Part shown: positions 11,503-22,582 of the stretch, piece by piece
How the letters are laid out: each line of letters starts with the position of its first letter
Position numbering within the stretch: position 1 is the first letter of the stretch
From: Deinococcus sp.
GTDB taxonomy: Bacteria; Deinococcota; Deinococci; Deinococcales; Deinococcaceae
DNA length: 64,000 nucleotides
NCBI GenBank assembly: GCA_965261005.1
Contig: OZ253375.1
Location: forward strand, 2,272,001-2,336,000
Direction of reading: 5' to 3'
Program-made: the position numbers and the translations under genes
The notes under the pieces: model-generated
Database searches by the model: none
The model's input: only the letters and a program-made list of their open reading frames with translations
Told to the model about the DNA's origin: nothing

Positions 11503-12951
11503 ATGAACGACTTGTCCGACGCCCAGCTCACGCCGCCCGGCCAGGTCGCGCGCGGCGCCGGTCTCGCGCCCGCCTTGCGCTCGCTTCCGCAGGGTTTGGT
11601 CTTCTTCTTCGGCGATCTGCTGTGTGCCCTGCTGATCTACTGGGCCGTCAACGCCTACCTGGCGTTGATCGGCAACACGCTCTTGTCGCGCGCCTACGTG
11701 CTGCTGTGGCTGGGCATTTGGCTGCTGCTGCGCGCGTATCAGGGGCTGTATCCCGGCTACGGCCGCGCGCCGCACATGGAATTGCGGCTGCACACCGTCG
11801 GCACGGTGCAGGCCGCCTTCGCACAGTTCGCGGTCACCTACGCCGTCCACGACTTTGACCGCAGCCGGCTTGGACTGGGGCTGCTGTGGCTGCTGCTCTA
11901 CTTGCTGGCGCTGCCGCTGCGCTACCTGTTGCGCGCCCTGCTGATTCACCTCGGCGTGTTCGGCCGGCCGGTCGCCGTCATCGGGGCGGGCAAGACCGGC
12001 GAATTGGCGGTGCAGTACCTGTGTGGTCATCCGGCCTACGGCCTCAGGCCGGTGGCGATCTACGACGACAACCCGGACCTGTGGGGCACGCGGCTGCACG
12101 GCGTGCCGGTGCTGGGCGACATCGGTGAGGCGCTCGCGCGCCCACGCGCGCCGCAAGCCATTATCAGCATTCCGGGCGCGCGGGCCGGCGTGCAGCGTGA
12201 CATCATCAACGCCGTCCACGCCGTGTACCCGGTCACTTGGGCCACGCCAGACTTCTTCGGGGTGCCGAACCAAGCCCTCGTGCCGCACACGCTGGGCACC
12301 CACGCCACCTTGGAGGTGCGCAACAACTTGCGCAGCCGCCGCTCGCGCTTCACCAAGCGGCTGATCGATGTTCTCGGCGGCGCCTTGATCTCCCTGCTGA
12401 TCCTGCCGCTGCTGCTGCTGATCGCCCTCTTGATCCGGCTCGATAGCCGTGGGCCGGCGCTGTACAAGGCGCGGCGCCTGGGGCGCGGCGGGCAGTATTT
12501 TGGCTGCTACAAGTTCCGGTCCATGCGGCGGGACGCGGACGCGCAGCTGGAACTCCTGCTGTCCCGTGACCCCGAACTGCGCGCCGAGTTCGAGGCGACC
12601 CACAAGCTGCGCCGGGACCCGCGCGTGACGCCGCTGGGCGCCTTTTTGCGCCGCACCAGCCTCGACGAGCTGCCGCAGCTGCTGAACGTGTTGCGCGGCG
12701 AGATGAGCTTGGTCGGCCCGCGCCCCATCGTGCAGGCCGAGGTTGCCCGCTACGGCGACATCTACCGCCTCTACACCCAGGTGCGCCCCGGCATCACCGG
12801 CTACTGGCAGGTGAACGGGCGTAGCGAGACCTCCTACGAGGAGCGCGTGGAGATGGACAACTTCTATGTGTCCAACTGGACGCCGTGGCTCGACTTCGTG
12901 ATCCTGATTCAGACCGTGCGCGTGGTCGCGCTGGGCAAGGGGGCCTACTAG
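11503..12951 (+). CDS. wbaP: Undecaprenyl-phosphate hexose-1-phosphate transferase (WbaP-type)
   Basis: N-terminal TMs, CoA-binding-like middle domain, [28 protein letters not shown]. Confidence 0.9.
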   Translation: MNDLSDAQLTPPGQVARGAGLAPALRSLPQGLVFFFGDLLCALLIYWAVNAYLALIGNTLLSRAYVLLWLGIWLLLRAYQGLYPGYGRAPHMELRLHTVGTVQAAFAQFAVTYAVHDFDRSRLGLGLLWLLLYLLALPLRYLLRALLIHLGVFGRPVAVIGAGKTGELAVQYLCGHPAYGLRPVAIYDDNPDLWGTRLHGVPVLGDIGEALARPRAPQAIISIPGARAGVQRDIINAVHAVYPVTWATPDFFGVPNQALVPHTLGTHATLEVRNNLRSRRSRFTKRLIDVLGGALISLLILPLLLLIALLIRLDSRGPALYKARRLGRGGQYFGCYKFRSMRRDADAQLELLLSRDPELRAEFEATHKLRRDPRVTPLGAFLRRTSLDELPQLLNVLRGEMSLVGPRPIVQAEVARYGDIYRLYTQVRPGITGYWQVNGRSETSYEERVEMDNFYVSNWTPWLDFVILIQTVRVVALGKGAY

Positions 12952-12953
12952 CC

Positions 12954-14213
12954 TTGTCCGGCGCGGCCAGAACAAAGATCCAGCAGGCGGGCGTCGTGTA
13001 CCTGGCTTATCTATCGCGCGCCTTCGCGTTCGTGCTGCTGGTGCCGCTTCTCAGCCGCGCCATTTCCAAGCCGGTGTGGGGCAGCGTGCTGGTCGGACAG
13101 GCCTTGGTGGTCTGGCTGGTGCTGCTGCTGGAGTTTGGCTTCGCCTTGTCGGTGGCGCGCGCGGTCACGGTGCAGCGCCACGACCCCGCCCTGGTCGCGC
13201 GCCTGTTGGGCGACGTGGTGAGCGCCAAGATCATGCTGGCCGCGCTGGCCGCCGCGCTGGCCGTTCCCTTGATCCTGGCGTCCGCGCCGCTGCGCGCGCA
13301 CCCGCTGCTGGCCGTACTTGCGGTCGGGCAGGCGCTGGTGCAGGGCTTCGGTTTGTTGTGGTACTACCAAGCCAGCGAGCAGCTCTACCGCTTCTCGCTG
13401 GCCGACCTGGCGGGCCGCGCTCTGTACTTGCCCGGGGTCCTGCTGACCGTGCGCGGCGACGCTGGGGCGCCGTGGGTTTTTGGCCTGGCCATCGTGAGCG
13501 GCCTGCTGGTCAACCTGTGGACCTACCGCGACGTGCGGCGGCACTTACCGCCCTTCACCCTGAGCTGGCGCGGCGGCCTGCGCTCGCTGCGCGAAGGCGC
13601 TTTGCTGTCGGGCTTTACCCTGGTGACCAGCGTGTATACCATTGCCAGCCTGCTGATTCTGGGCTTCTTCGCGCCGGCGGCGGTGCTGGCCGCCTACGGC
13701 AACGCCGACCGCTTGGTGCGCGCCGCCGTCGGCGTGATCGGCCCCCTCAACCAGATGGTTTTCCCACGCGCGACGGCCCTGTTTCACGCCGGCCCCCAGC
13801 AGGGGCTGCGCTTCGCGCGCGCCTCGGTCGCGCTGTTCGCGCTTTTGGGCCTCGCGGGTTACGCTGTGGGTTGGCTGCTGGCGGACCGCATCGTTATCGG
13901 CTTTTTCGGTCCCCAGTATGCCGACACCGTCCCATACTTCCGCACCCTGCTGTGGCTGCTGCCCCTGACGGCGGTGAACACCGCCCTCGGCTTTCACGTG
14001 CTGCTCGCTCTGCGGCATGACCGGACCTTCGCGCTGATCTACACGGTTGTCAGCGTGCTGAGCTTGGGCCTGATGCTGGCCCTGCTGCCCGGGTACGGCG
14101 CGCGCGCGCTGGCCGATATCGTGGTGGGGGCCGAGGTCGCCGCCCTGATCGCGCTGGTCTGCGGCGCGGCGCTGATTTTGACCAGGGCGCGTCAGGTGAG
14201 CGGCGCCTCGTGA
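12954..14213 (+). CDS. wzx: Wzx-type oligosaccharide flippase 1
   Basis: Multi-TM protein, EFGFALS, WYYQ, YGNADRL; start uncertain. Confidence 0.8.
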   Translation: MSGAARTKIQQAGVVYLAYLSRAFAFVLLVPLLSRAISKPVWGSVLVGQALVVWLVLLLEFGFALSVARAVTVQRHDPALVARLLGDVVSAKIMLAALAAALAVPLILASAPLRAHPLLAVLAVGQALVQGFGLLWYYQASEQLYRFSLADLAGRALYLPGVLLTVRGDAGAPWVFGLAIVSGLLVNLWTYRDVRRHLPPFTLSWRGGLRSLREGALLSGFTLVTSVYTIASLLILGFFAPAAVLAAYGNADRLVRAAVGVIGPLNQMVFPRATALFHAGPQQGLRFARASVALFALLGLAGYAVGWLLADRIVIGFFGPQYADTVPYFRTLLWLLPLTAVNTALGFHVLLALRHDRTFALIYTVVSVLSLGLMLALLPGYGARALADIVVGAEVAALIALVCGAALILTRARQVSGAS

Positions 14214-15154
14214 CCGCCCAAGGTTTGCCCCAGGTGGAGGTCGTGCTGGCGACCTACAACGGCGAACGGTACCTGGCCCGGCAAACTGAGTCCATCCTGG
14301 CGCAGCGGGAGGTAAGGGTACGCCTGCTGATCTCCGACGACGGCTCCCAGGACGGCACGCCGGGGCTATTGCGGCGCCTGGCCGCCCAGGACGACAGAAT
14401 TCAGCTGCTGGACGCGCCCGGCAATCTCGGGCCGGCGCGTCGCTTCGGGCTGCTGCTGGAGCAGACGGGGACCGAGTACGTGCTGTGCAGCGATCAAGAC
14501 GACGTGTGGCACCCCGACAAGGTGCGCGACAGCTTAAGATGGATGCGCTTGGCCGAGGCGCGCCGGCCGGGAACGCCGCTCTTGGTCCACACCGATTTGA
14601 CGGTGGTGGACGAGCGGCTGAACGTCGTCGCGCCGTCGTTTTTTGGGCTGCGCGGCCTCGATCCGCAGCCCGCGCTGTCCCGGCTGCTGGTCCAAAATAG
14701 CGTTACCGGCTGCACCATGCTGCTCAACCGCGCCCTCTTGCGCGCGGGCTTGCCGGTGCCGCAAGAAGCGGTGTTGCACGACTGGTGGTTCGCCTTGGTG
14801 GCCCGCAGCCACGGCGCCGTCGCCTTTTGGCCGCAGCCGACCTTGCTGTACCGCCAGCACCAAGCCAACGCGGTGGGCGCGCGTCAGGCCGTGCTGGGCG
14901 CCCGCGTGCGCGGCTTCGCGCGCAAGCTGGGGTCGGGCCAGCCCGACCCCTTGCAACTCGCCCGCGGGGTGCAGGCGGCGGCCCTGCTGGAAAGGCTGAA
15001 CCGCAACGGCGTTGCCGGGCCGGGAGCGCGGGAGGTGGCGGCCTACCTGCGGGCCATGCGCGCCCCCAGCTGGCAGCGCAAGTGGCTCACCTTGTCGCGC
15101 GGCTACCTGCCCTCGGATTGGAAGCAGGCTTTGTCGCTGTTGCTGCGCCTGTAG
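14210..15154 (+). CDS. GT2 glycosyltransferase (rhamnosyltransferase-like)
   Basis: LATYNGERYL, SDDGSQD, SDQDDVW, VTGCT, HDWW, YRQH. Confidence 0.88.
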   Translation: MTAQGLPQVEVVLATYNGERYLARQTESILAQREVRVRLLISDDGSQDGTPGLLRRLAAQDDRIQLLDAPGNLGPARRFGLLLEQTGTEYVLCSDQDDVWHPDKVRDSLRWMRLAEARRPGTPLLVHTDLTVVDERLNVVAPSFFGLRGLDPQPALSRLLVQNSVTGCTMLLNRALLRAGLPVPQEAVLHDWWFALVARSHGAVAFWPQPTLLYRQHQANAVGARQAVLGARVRGFARKLGSGQPDPLQLARGVQAAALLERLNRNGVAGPGAREVAAYLRAMRAPSWQRKWLTLSRGYLPSDWKQALSLLLRL

Positions 15155-15182
15155 TGATCACGTCCGCTAGAGTGGGTGGGCC

Positions 15183-17060
15183 GTGACGACCGACCCTGCT
15201 CCTCACCCCCTGGTCTTCATCGTCGTCCTCAACTGGAACGGTTGGCGCGACACCGTGGAGTGCTTGGACGCCCTGCGCTTTTTGCGCTACCCTAATTTCA
15301 GGGTGCTGGTCGTGGACAACGCCTCCGGCGACGGCTCGGTCGCCGAGCTGCGGGCGCGCTTTCCGGAACTGGAGATCATCGAGAACCCGGCCAACCTCGG
15401 CTTCGCGGCAGGCAACAACGTCGGCATTCGCCGGGCGCTGACCCTCGGGGCGGACTACGTGTGGTTGCTCAACAACGACACGGCGGTCAGCTCGGGGGCG
15501 CTGGGCGCGCTGGTGGAGTTGGCGGAGCGTGACCCGCGCGCGGGCGTGGTCGGGTCGGTGCTGCGCGAGTACGCCGTGCCCAACAACATTCAGGCTTGGG
15601 GCGGCGGGGCGCTGCGGCCGTGGCTGGGCACCACCACCCAGTTCACGCAGGCGCGGGGCGAGGTGGACCATGTCATCGGCGCGAGCATGCTGCTGCGCGC
15701 GGGCATGCTGCGCGCGGTCGGCCCCCTCGACGAGGACTTCTTCTTCTTCATGGAGGACACCGAGCTAAGTTTGCGCGCGCGCCGGGCGGGTTGGCGCGTG
15801 CGGGTGGCGCCGGGCAGCTGGGTGTTTCACAAGGGGGGATCGAGCTTGCGCGCGGCGGGGGGCCACCGCAACCTGGCCGCCGACCACCTCTACGCGGAGA
15901 GCAACGGCGTCTACCTCGCCAAGTACTCGGGCGTGCCCGCGCTCTTGGTCCGGCTCTTCACGTTGACCCTGCGGCGCCTCGGGCGGGGCGAGGCGGGGCG
16001 GGCGCTGCCGGTTGCGGCCAGCTTGTGGCGCGGCTATTGGGCGCAAAGGCGGCGAGACCGTCAAAAAGCCCGGCCGCGCCGCGCGCTCTACGACGCCCGC
16101 TGGACGGGTCACCACGGCATCGCCCGCTTTTCGCGCGAGGTGCTGTCCCGGCTGCCGGCCGCAGAGCGGCTGACGCGCGGCGACCCCCTCTCGCTCCTCG
16201 ACCCCCTGAGGGTCGCCTTCACCCTGCTTCGCGCCCGCCCCCCCATCTATTTCTCGCCGGGCTTCAACCCGCCGCTCTTCTCGCCCGTTCCCTTCATGTT
16301 CACCATCCACGACCTGATCCACCTCGACGTGCCGGAGGAGAGCAGTTTCTCCAAGCAGCTCTACTACGCCCTGTTCGTGCGCCCGGCGGCGCGGCGGGCG
16401 TTCCGGGTGCTGACGGTGTCCGAATATTCGAGAAAAAGAATCGCCGGGTGGGCCGGTATTCCACTTGAAAAGGTCGTGGTGGTCGGCGCCGGTGCGGACG
16501 CGCGCTTCTCGCCGGACGGCCCCGCGCACGCGCCGGGCTACCCCTACATTCTGTGCGTCGCCAACCGCAAGCCGCACCGCAACCTGCCGCGTTTGCTGGA
16601 AGCCTTCGCGCTTCTAGACGATTCTGACTTGCGTTTGGTCCTGAGCGGCGACCCCGACCCGGACACCGTTCACTTGGCGCTGCGGCTGGGCGTCTACAGC
16701 CGTTTGGTTTTCGCCGGCCTGATTCCCGAGGCGGGATTGCCCGCCTACTACCGGGGCGCCACTTTGGTAGCGGTTCCCTCGCTGTACGAGGGCTTCGGCC
16801 TCCCCGCCCTGGAGGCGATGGCGTGCGGCACGCCGGTCGCGTGCTCGGACGCGACCTCGCTGCCCGAGGTGGTGGGTGACGCGGCGCTGCTGTTCAATCC
16901 CCACGACGCTGGCGCGATTATGCGCGCGCTCAGCAGGCTGCTTGGCGACGCCGCCCTGCGCGACGAGTTGCGGCGGCGGGGTCTGGAGCGGGCCACCCGT
17001 TTCAGTTGGGAACGCACCGCCAGCTTGATCGCCGTCTGCCTGAGCACGGCTGGAAGGTAA
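15183..17060 (+). CDS. Fused GT2-GT4 glycosyltransferase
   Basis: N-half VLNWNG, VDNASGD, LLNND, MEDTE; C-half YDARW, GIARF, EGFGLPALEAMACG. Confidence 0.88.
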   Translation: MTTDPAPHPLVFIVVLNWNGWRDTVECLDALRFLRYPNFRVLVVDNASGDGSVAELRARFPELEIIENPANLGFAAGNNVGIRRALTLGADYVWLLNNDTAVSSGALGALVELAERDPRAGVVGSVLREYAVPNNIQAWGGGALRPWLGTTTQFTQARGEVDHVIGASMLLRAGMLRAVGPLDEDFFFFMEDTELSLRARRAGWRVRVAPGSWVFHKGGSSLRAAGGHRNLAADHLYAESNGVYLAKYSGVPALLVRLFTLTLRRLGRGEAGRALPVAASLWRGYWAQRRRDRQKARPRRALYDARWTGHHGIARFSREVLSRLPAAERLTRGDPLSLLDPLRVAFTLLRARPPIYFSPGFNPPLFSPVPFMFTIHDLIHLDVPEESSFSKQLYYALFVRPAARRAFRVLTVSEYSRKRIAGWAGIPLEKVVVVGAGADARFSPDGPAHAPGYPYILCVANRKPHRNLPRLLEAFALLDDSDLRLVLSGDPDPDTVHLALRLGVYSRLVFAGLIPEAGLPAYYRGATLVAVPSLYEGFGLPALEAMACGTPVACSDATSLPEVVGDAALLFNPHDAGAIMRALSRLLGDAALRDELRRRGLERATRFSWERTASLIAVCLSTAGR

Positions 17061-17064
17061 GGGC

Positions 17065-18387
17065 GTGCCCGCTCGCGCACAGCAGCTTGATTCGCCCGTG
17101 CGATTGGTGCCGGCCTCACAAACGGCTGTTCTCAAGCAGAAGGTCATGTGGCCGCTGCTGGCGCTGCTCGTCTTCGCCGTCGCGCACTATGCCTACCGTT
17201 ACGTTTTGCAGGTGAGCGAAGACGCCACCTCGCCGCGGTACCACGACACCCCGCCGGCGCTGAGCCTGCTCAAGGACGCCGCCTTAGCGCTGTTCTTGCT
17301 CGCGACCTTGTGGCGCTTTACGGCGCGTCGCCTTCGCTTCGCGCGTCGTCACGCGCTGCTGTTTCAGCTCGCCGTGGCCGTTCACTTGTGGGCGCTCATC
17401 AGCGTGGTCGTTCATGTTCTGAACGGTGAGGCGTTCGCCAGCGCTTTGCTCGCCTACCGCTACTTGTGGCTGTACAGCGCCATGATCCCGTTGGTGTTGT
17501 TGCTTCCGCGTGAGCGCGCGCACGTGACGTTGCGGCTGCTCGCGCGCGCCTTGTTGCCTTTGCTCAGCGTGTTTTGGCTGCTCACGGTCTGGTTGTACGT
17601 CGCGCGCGGACGGCTGCCCGCGCTGTCTTACCCCGGCAACGTCCGCTTTGGCGGCATTCTCGACGATCCGAACGGCTACGGCGTGCTGTGCGTTTTTTTG
17701 CTCGCCGCGCTGTGGGGCCGGGTGCGCTGGCCGTGGCTGTTGGCGCTGTTGGTGATGATCTTGGGCACGCGCAGCCTCAGCGCGGCGCTTTCCCTGCTGG
17801 TCTTTACGCTGGTTGCGCTGTGGCCCCGCGCCGCGCGCTTTGTAACGGCCCACGTGAACCGTCGGCACCCGGCGCCGCTACAATTGCGCATTCGCCGGGC
17901 ACTTTTTTTGCGCTTGGCGTTTTACGCCGCCGTCCTGCCGCCGGTCGCCGGCGTGGCGTTTTACGCTTGGGTTCGTATCAGCGCCGCCCTGGGCAGCTGG
18001 TGGAGTGCCAAGCAGGGCAGCTTGGAGGCGCACGCGTCAGACGTTCCACGCGCCCTGGCGCAACTCGGGGAGCGCAACGCGCTCGAATTGCTGTTCGGGG
18101 GCGGGGGCTTCAGCGAAAATCTGTACCTGTACGCCTTGCTGAACTTCGGGGTGTTCGGCCTGACGCTCCTCCTGCTGCTGGCGGGACTGTTGGTCGTCAG
18201 CGCCCTCACGTCCTGCGACCCCTTGGCGTACCGGCTGGGCGCGTGGGGCGTCTCGGTGCTGGCGGCGTCCTTTGCCATTCCCTACCTTCAGGTCTACCCG
18301 GTGAACTTGCTGTTTTGGACTGGACTCACGTTGGCCGTATCCGGAGCCTCTGTCCGGCCCCGCGGCGCTTCCGGCGTCAACGGGTAG
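17065..18387 (+). CDS. Polysaccharide polymerase-like (Wzy) membrane protein 1
   Basis: About 10 TMs, RFGGILDDPNGYG loop, SENLY; position among GTs. Confidence 0.65.
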   Translation: MPARAQQLDSPVRLVPASQTAVLKQKVMWPLLALLVFAVAHYAYRYVLQVSEDATSPRYHDTPPALSLLKDAALALFLLATLWRFTARRLRFARRHALLFQLAVAVHLWALISVVVHVLNGEAFASALLAYRYLWLYSAMIPLVLLLPRERAHVTLRLLARALLPLLSVFWLLTVWLYVARGRLPALSYPGNVRFGGILDDPNGYGVLCVFLLAALWGRVRWPWLLALLVMILGTRSLSAALSLLVFTLVALWPRAARFVTAHVNRRHPAPLQLRIRRALFLRLAFYAAVLPPVAGVAFYAWVRISAALGSWWSAKQGSLEAHASDVPRALAQLGERNALELLFGGGGFSENLYLYALLNFGVFGLTLLLLLAGLLVVSALTSCDPLAYRLGAWGVSVLAASFAIPYLQVYPVNLLFWTGLTLAVSGASVRPRGASGVNG

Positions 18388-18468
18388 CAAAACAAAAAGG
18401 AGACGTTATTTGAAAGCTGAACTTTCTTTGCTCAGGAGATGTGCTTTTTGGCTTGGCGCGGGTTGCCG

Positions 18469-19608
18469 GTGAAAACTGCCATCGTCCACGAGTGGCTCAC
18501 CACTTACGCCGGCTCGGAAAAGGTGGTCGAGGGCTTTCTCGATCTGTTTCCGACCGCCCCGATCTTCACGCTGGTCCACCAACCGCAGAACTTCGTCGGC
18601 ACGGTGTTTGAGGGCCGCGACGTCCGCACCTCCTTTATCCAGAACCTGCCCTTGGGGGCGCGCAAGTACCAAAGCTATCTGCCGCTGATGCCGCTGGCCG
18701 TCGAGCAGTTCGACCTGTCCGGCTTTGAGCTGATCCTATCGAGCAATCACGCCGTCGCCAAGGGGGTGCGCGCGCCCGCCGGCGCGCTGCACGTCAGCTA
18801 CGTGCACACGCCGGTGCGCTACGCCTGGGACTTGCAGGATCCGTACTTGAAGGAGGCGGGATTGGAGACGGGGGCGAAGGGCGCCCTGGCGCGCGCCGCG
18901 CTGCACTACCTGCGGCTGTGGGACCACGGGACCGCCCACCGCGCCGACGTGTTCCTCGCGAACTCCGCCTACGTGGCGCGGCGCGTGTGGCGGGCTTACC
19001 GCCGCCCGGCGCGTGTGCTGTACCCCCCCGTGGACGTGGAGCGCTTCGATTGGGAAAGGCCGCGCGAAGACTTCTACTTCACCTTTTCGCGCATGGTGCC
19101 GTACAAAAAGCTCGACTTGATCGTGGAAGCGTTCACGCGGCTGGACAAGCCCCTGATCGTGCTGGGCGACGGCCCCGAGCACGAGAAGATAGCGGCGCTG
19201 GCCGGGCCGAACGTGACCCTACTCAGGGGAAACGACGCCGTGGTGGCCGATTTGCTCGCCCGCTGCAAGGCCCTCGTGTTCGCCGCCGACGAGGACTTCG
19301 GCATCGTGCCGGTGGAGGCGCAGGCGGCCGGCGCCCCGGTGATCGCCTACGGGCACGGCGGCGTGCTGGAGTCGGTGGTGGCGGGGGAGACCGGGGTGTT
19401 GTATGAGGAGCAAAGCGTGGACAGCCTGGTGAGGGCGGTAGAGCGGTTCGAGGCCCTGTCCCCCTTCGACGCCGCCGCCATTCGCCGTAATGCTGAGCGT
19501 TTCTCCAAACGGCGCTTTTGGCAAGGTCTCGACGAGGTGCTGGACCTGTCGTGGTCGGCCTTCAAGTCGGGGCGCGACCCGGAGACGGTTCTCTTCCCCA
19601 AGCCCTAA
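18469..19608 (+). CDS. GT4 glycosyltransferase (WbaZ-like mannosyltransferase)
   Basis: [32 protein letters not shown]; start could be ATG at 18439. Confidence 0.88.
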   Translation: MKTAIVHEWLTTYAGSEKVVEGFLDLFPTAPIFTLVHQPQNFVGTVFEGRDVRTSFIQNLPLGARKYQSYLPLMPLAVEQFDLSGFELILSSNHAVAKGVRAPAGALHVSYVHTPVRYAWDLQDPYLKEAGLETGAKGALARAALHYLRLWDHGTAHRADVFLANSAYVARRVWRAYRRPARVLYPPVDVERFDWERPREDFYFTFSRMVPYKKLDLIVEAFTRLDKPLIVLGDGPEHEKIAALAGPNVTLLRGNDAVVADLLARCKALVFAADEDFGIVPVEAQAAGAPVIAYGHGGVLESVVAGETGVLYEEQSVDSLVRAVERFEALSPFDAAAIRRNAERFSKRRFWQGLDEVLDLSWSAFKSGRDPETVLFPKP

Positions 19609-20749
19609 AGGCCATGCCCAGCGTCGCCCAAAACAGCTCGGCGAAGTGCGGGCTGGGCACCGCCGTCACCACGTCTACCAGGTTCATGGCCGTGAAGCCC
19701 CAAAAGACGGCCAGCAGCAGCCCGTCCCCCGCGCGCCACACCGCCACGCCGCCCAGCAGCATCACGGCGAGTAAGCCCAGCGTCCCGATCACGCCCGTCT
19801 CGGCGAGGCTGTGCAGCACCAGGTTGTGCGCGATCAGCCAAGCGCCCCGGAAGCGCGCCAGCCAGGCGGGGCAGTGAATGCCGGCCTGCTCCAAGGTCGG
19901 CGTCAGTTGGCAGCGGTCGGTGTACAAAAAGGCGAGATACGGCCCGATCTGGTACGGCCCCTCCCCGCCGACCGGCGAGTTCTCAAAGGCGCGCACCGCC
20001 CCCTCCCACACCTGGTCGCGCCCGCTCAGGCCGAAGGTCAGCAGACGCTCGACCGGAGGGAAGCTGCGCAGGCTGGGAATCAGGCCCAGGGCCGCCACGG
20101 CGATGACGGCCAGCACCGCCAAGCTGCGCAGCTGCCGCCTGTTTCCGGCGATCACGGCCGCCAGCGCCCCCACCGCGTAGGCCAGCAGCGGCCCCCGGCT
20201 GCCCGAGGCCAGCAGGGTCACGAGGGCCAGCGCACCCACTGGAAAGCGCCACAGGGGGGAGGCTCCCTTCCACGACACCACCAGCCACAAGCACACCGCC
20301 GCGATCAGGCCGAGGGAGACGTAGTAGTAGTAGGGATGGCCCAGGCGGCTTTGCAGGCCCGCCACCCCCACGGTCGTGAGCGTAAAGGCCCAGGCCGTGA
20401 CGAAGACGGCGACGTAGCCCCACACCAGGGGGCGCAGCGCCGCGCTTTGGCGCAGATAGGCCCCGCCCGCGATCATGGCCAGCACAAAGAACGTCCGGGC
20501 GGCGGCCAGCCCCAGCGACAACAGGGGCGCGGGCGTGAACAGCGCGGCCACCAATTGGCTCGCCGTGAAAAAGGCGAGGACGTACTGGACTGCTCTCGGC
20601 AACCTTCGCAGTTGCCCCAGCGCCCCAAAAGCCGCGAGGTAGAGTGGGGGAATGACGGGAATCAGGGCGATCAGCCAAGCCAGGCGGTCCGTTTGCCTCG
20701 CTTGATGGGGAGCGGGCGGGGCGCCGTTTGGCCTGGAACGGGAGAACAC
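19562..20749 (-). CDS. O-antigen ligase / O-oligosaccharyltransferase family protein 1
   Basis: SGSRG, SGRDQVW, IAHNLVL, ETGVIG (Wzy_C features); GTG 7 nt after TATACT. Confidence 0.82.
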   Translation of the reverse strand: MFSRSRPNGAPPAPHQARQTDRLAWLIALIPVIPPLYLAAFGALGQLRRLPRAVQYVLAFFTASQLVAALFTPAPLLSLGLAAARTFFVLAMIAGGAYLRQSAALRPLVWGYVAVFVTAWAFTLTTVGVAGLQSRLGHPYYYYVSLGLIAAVCLWLVVSWKGASPLWRFPVGALALVTLLASGSRGPLLAYAVGALAAVIAGNRRQLRSLAVLAVIAVAALGLIPSLRSFPPVERLLTFGLSGRDQVWEGAVRAFENSPVGGEGPYQIGPYLAFLYTDRCQLTPTLEQAGIHCPAWLARFRGAWLIAHNLVLHSLAETGVIGTLGLLAVMLLGGVAVWRAGDGLLLAVFWGFTAMNLVDVVTAVPSPHFAELFWATLGMAFRAWGREPSPGRAPT

Positions 20750-20787
20750 GAGGTGCAGTATAAGAACTTGCCGGCGGGTCGGGCGCT

Positions 20788-21516
20788 ATGAGCGGCGTCC
20801 TGCTGACCGGGGGCAGCGGCCGGCTGGGCACGGAATTGCGGCAGCTGCTGCCGGACCTGGTCGCGCCCAGCAGCGCCGCGCTGAATGTCCTCGACCCCGA
20901 ACAGGTGCGGCAAAAGGTCCTTGAACTTCGGCCCGACTTGATCGTCCACGCGGCGGCCTACACCGACGTGGGCGCGGCCGAGCGCGAGCGGGCGCTGTGC
21001 TGGGCCGTCAACGTGGGGGGCACGCGGGCCATTGCGCGGGCGGCGAACGCGGCGGGCGCCAAGCTGCTGCATATCTCGACCGACTACGTCTTCGATGGGA
21101 CGCGCGGCCATTACCAAGAGGACGATCCCCTCGGGCCGCCCGTCAACTCCTACGCCCTGACCAAGCTGGTGGCTGAGGAGGCGGCGCGCGGCGCGCACAG
21201 CCACCTGATCGTGCGCACCTCGTTTCGCCCGCGCGTGTGGCCCTACGAAACCGCCTTTACCGACGTGTTCACCGGGCAGGACTACGTGGACGTGATCGCC
21301 CCCGAGATCGCGCGGGTGATCCGGGAATATACCCGTATCCCTTACGACACCCTGCACGTCGTCACCGAGCGCAAGAGCGTCTACGGCCTGGCAAAGCGCC
21401 GCAAGCCGGACGTGCGCCCCGGCACGCGCGCGGAGGCCGGCGTCACGCTGCCCGCTGACGTGTCGCTGGACACTTCACGCTGGCAGGCGCTCAAAGCAGT
21501 CCTCCAAACGCTATGA
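20788..21516 (+). CDS. rmlD: dTDP-4-dehydrorhamnose reductase
   Basis: TGGSGRLG, HAAAYTDV, ISTDYVFDG, YALTK. Confidence 0.9.
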   Translation: MSGVLLTGGSGRLGTELRQLLPDLVAPSSAALNVLDPEQVRQKVLELRPDLIVHAAAYTDVGAAERERALCWAVNVGGTRAIARAANAAGAKLLHISTDYVFDGTRGHYQEDDPLGPPVNSYALTKLVAEEAARGAHSHLIVRTSFRPRVWPYETAFTDVFTGQDYVDVIAPEIARVIREYTRIPYDTLHVVTERKSVYGLAKRRKPDVRPGTRAEAGVTLPADVSLDTSRWQALKAVLQTL

Positions 21517-21565
21517 TGCGGCGGCGCCGGGCAGACTTCGCGGGGCGCTTCCAAGGAGAACCTTC

Positions 21566-22582
21566 ATGCACTTGCTCGTCACCGGCGGTTGCGGGTTCAT
21601 CGGCAGCAACTTCGTCCGCTACTGGATGGGGTCGCACGACGACCGCATCACCGTCCTCGACAAACTGACCTACGCCGGGCGCCGCGAAAACCTGGATGAT
21701 TTGTGGGGGGACGCGTGCCTGAATTTGGTCGTGGGCGACATCTCCAACCAAGCCTTGGTACGGCAGATTTGCCTTGAGGGGCGGGTTGAACTGATCGTGA
21801 ACTTCGCGGCCGAGACCCACGTGGACCAAAGCATTCTGGGGCCGCTCATCTTTACCGACACCAACGTGCGCGGCACCCATGTGCTGCTGGAGGTGGCGCG
21901 CGAGCTGGGTATCCGCCTGCACCACGTCAGCACCGACGAGGTCTACGGCCATGTGGCGGGCGACCACCAAAGCTTAGAGACCGACCCGCTTGCCCCCCGC
22001 AGCCCCTACAGCGCCTCCAAGGCGGCGGCCGACCAGTTGGCGCTGGCCTACTTCATCACCTACGGCGTCCCTGTCACCATCACGCGCGGCGCCAATAACG
22101 TCGGCCCCTACCAATACCCCGAAAAGGCCGTGCCGCTGTTTGCCACCAACGCCCTGCTCGGCGAGCCGCTGCCGGTGTACGGCGACGGCCTCCAGATGCG
22201 CGACTACGCCCATGTCCTCGACCATTGCAGCGGCATCGAGGCGGTCTTACAGAGGGGTCGGCTCGGCGAGGTCTACAACGTCGGCACCGGCCGCGAGATG
22301 ACCAACCTGGAGATGGTGGACATCGTACTGGACATCCTTGGCAAGGGGCGCGAGCTGATCCGTCACGTGACCGACCGGCCCGGCCACGACCGCCGCTACA
22401 GCTTGAACGTGGACAAGCTGAAAGCTCTCGGCTGGCAACCCCAGTTCGCCCCCCGCGAGGCGGTCGCCGCCGCCGCGAAGTGGTACGCCAACAACGAGGC
22501 GTGGTGGCGCCCCATTCGCGCGGGTGAGTTTCAGGACTATTACGAGCGGCAATACGCCGGGCGCCTCGCGGAGCAGGCTTGA
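21566..22582 (+). CDS. rmlB: dTDP-glucose 4,6-dehydratase
   Basis: GGCGFIGSNF, DKLTYAG, AAETHVD, STDEVYG, YSASK, DRPGHDRRY. Confidence 0.95.
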   Translation: MHLLVTGGCGFIGSNFVRYWMGSHDDRITVLDKLTYAGRRENLDDLWGDACLNLVVGDISNQALVRQICLEGRVELIVNFAAETHVDQSILGPLIFTDTNVRGTHVLLEVARELGIRLHHVSTDEVYGHVAGDHQSLETDPLAPRSPYSASKAAADQLALAYFITYGVPVTITRGANNVGPYQYPEKAVPLFATNALLGEPLPVYGDGLQMRDYAHVLDHCSGIEAVLQRGRLGEVYNVGTGREMTNLEMVDIVLDILGKGRELIRHVTDRPGHDRRYSLNVDKLKALGWQPQFAPREAVAAAAKWYANNEAWWRPIRAGEFQDYYERQYAGRLAEQA

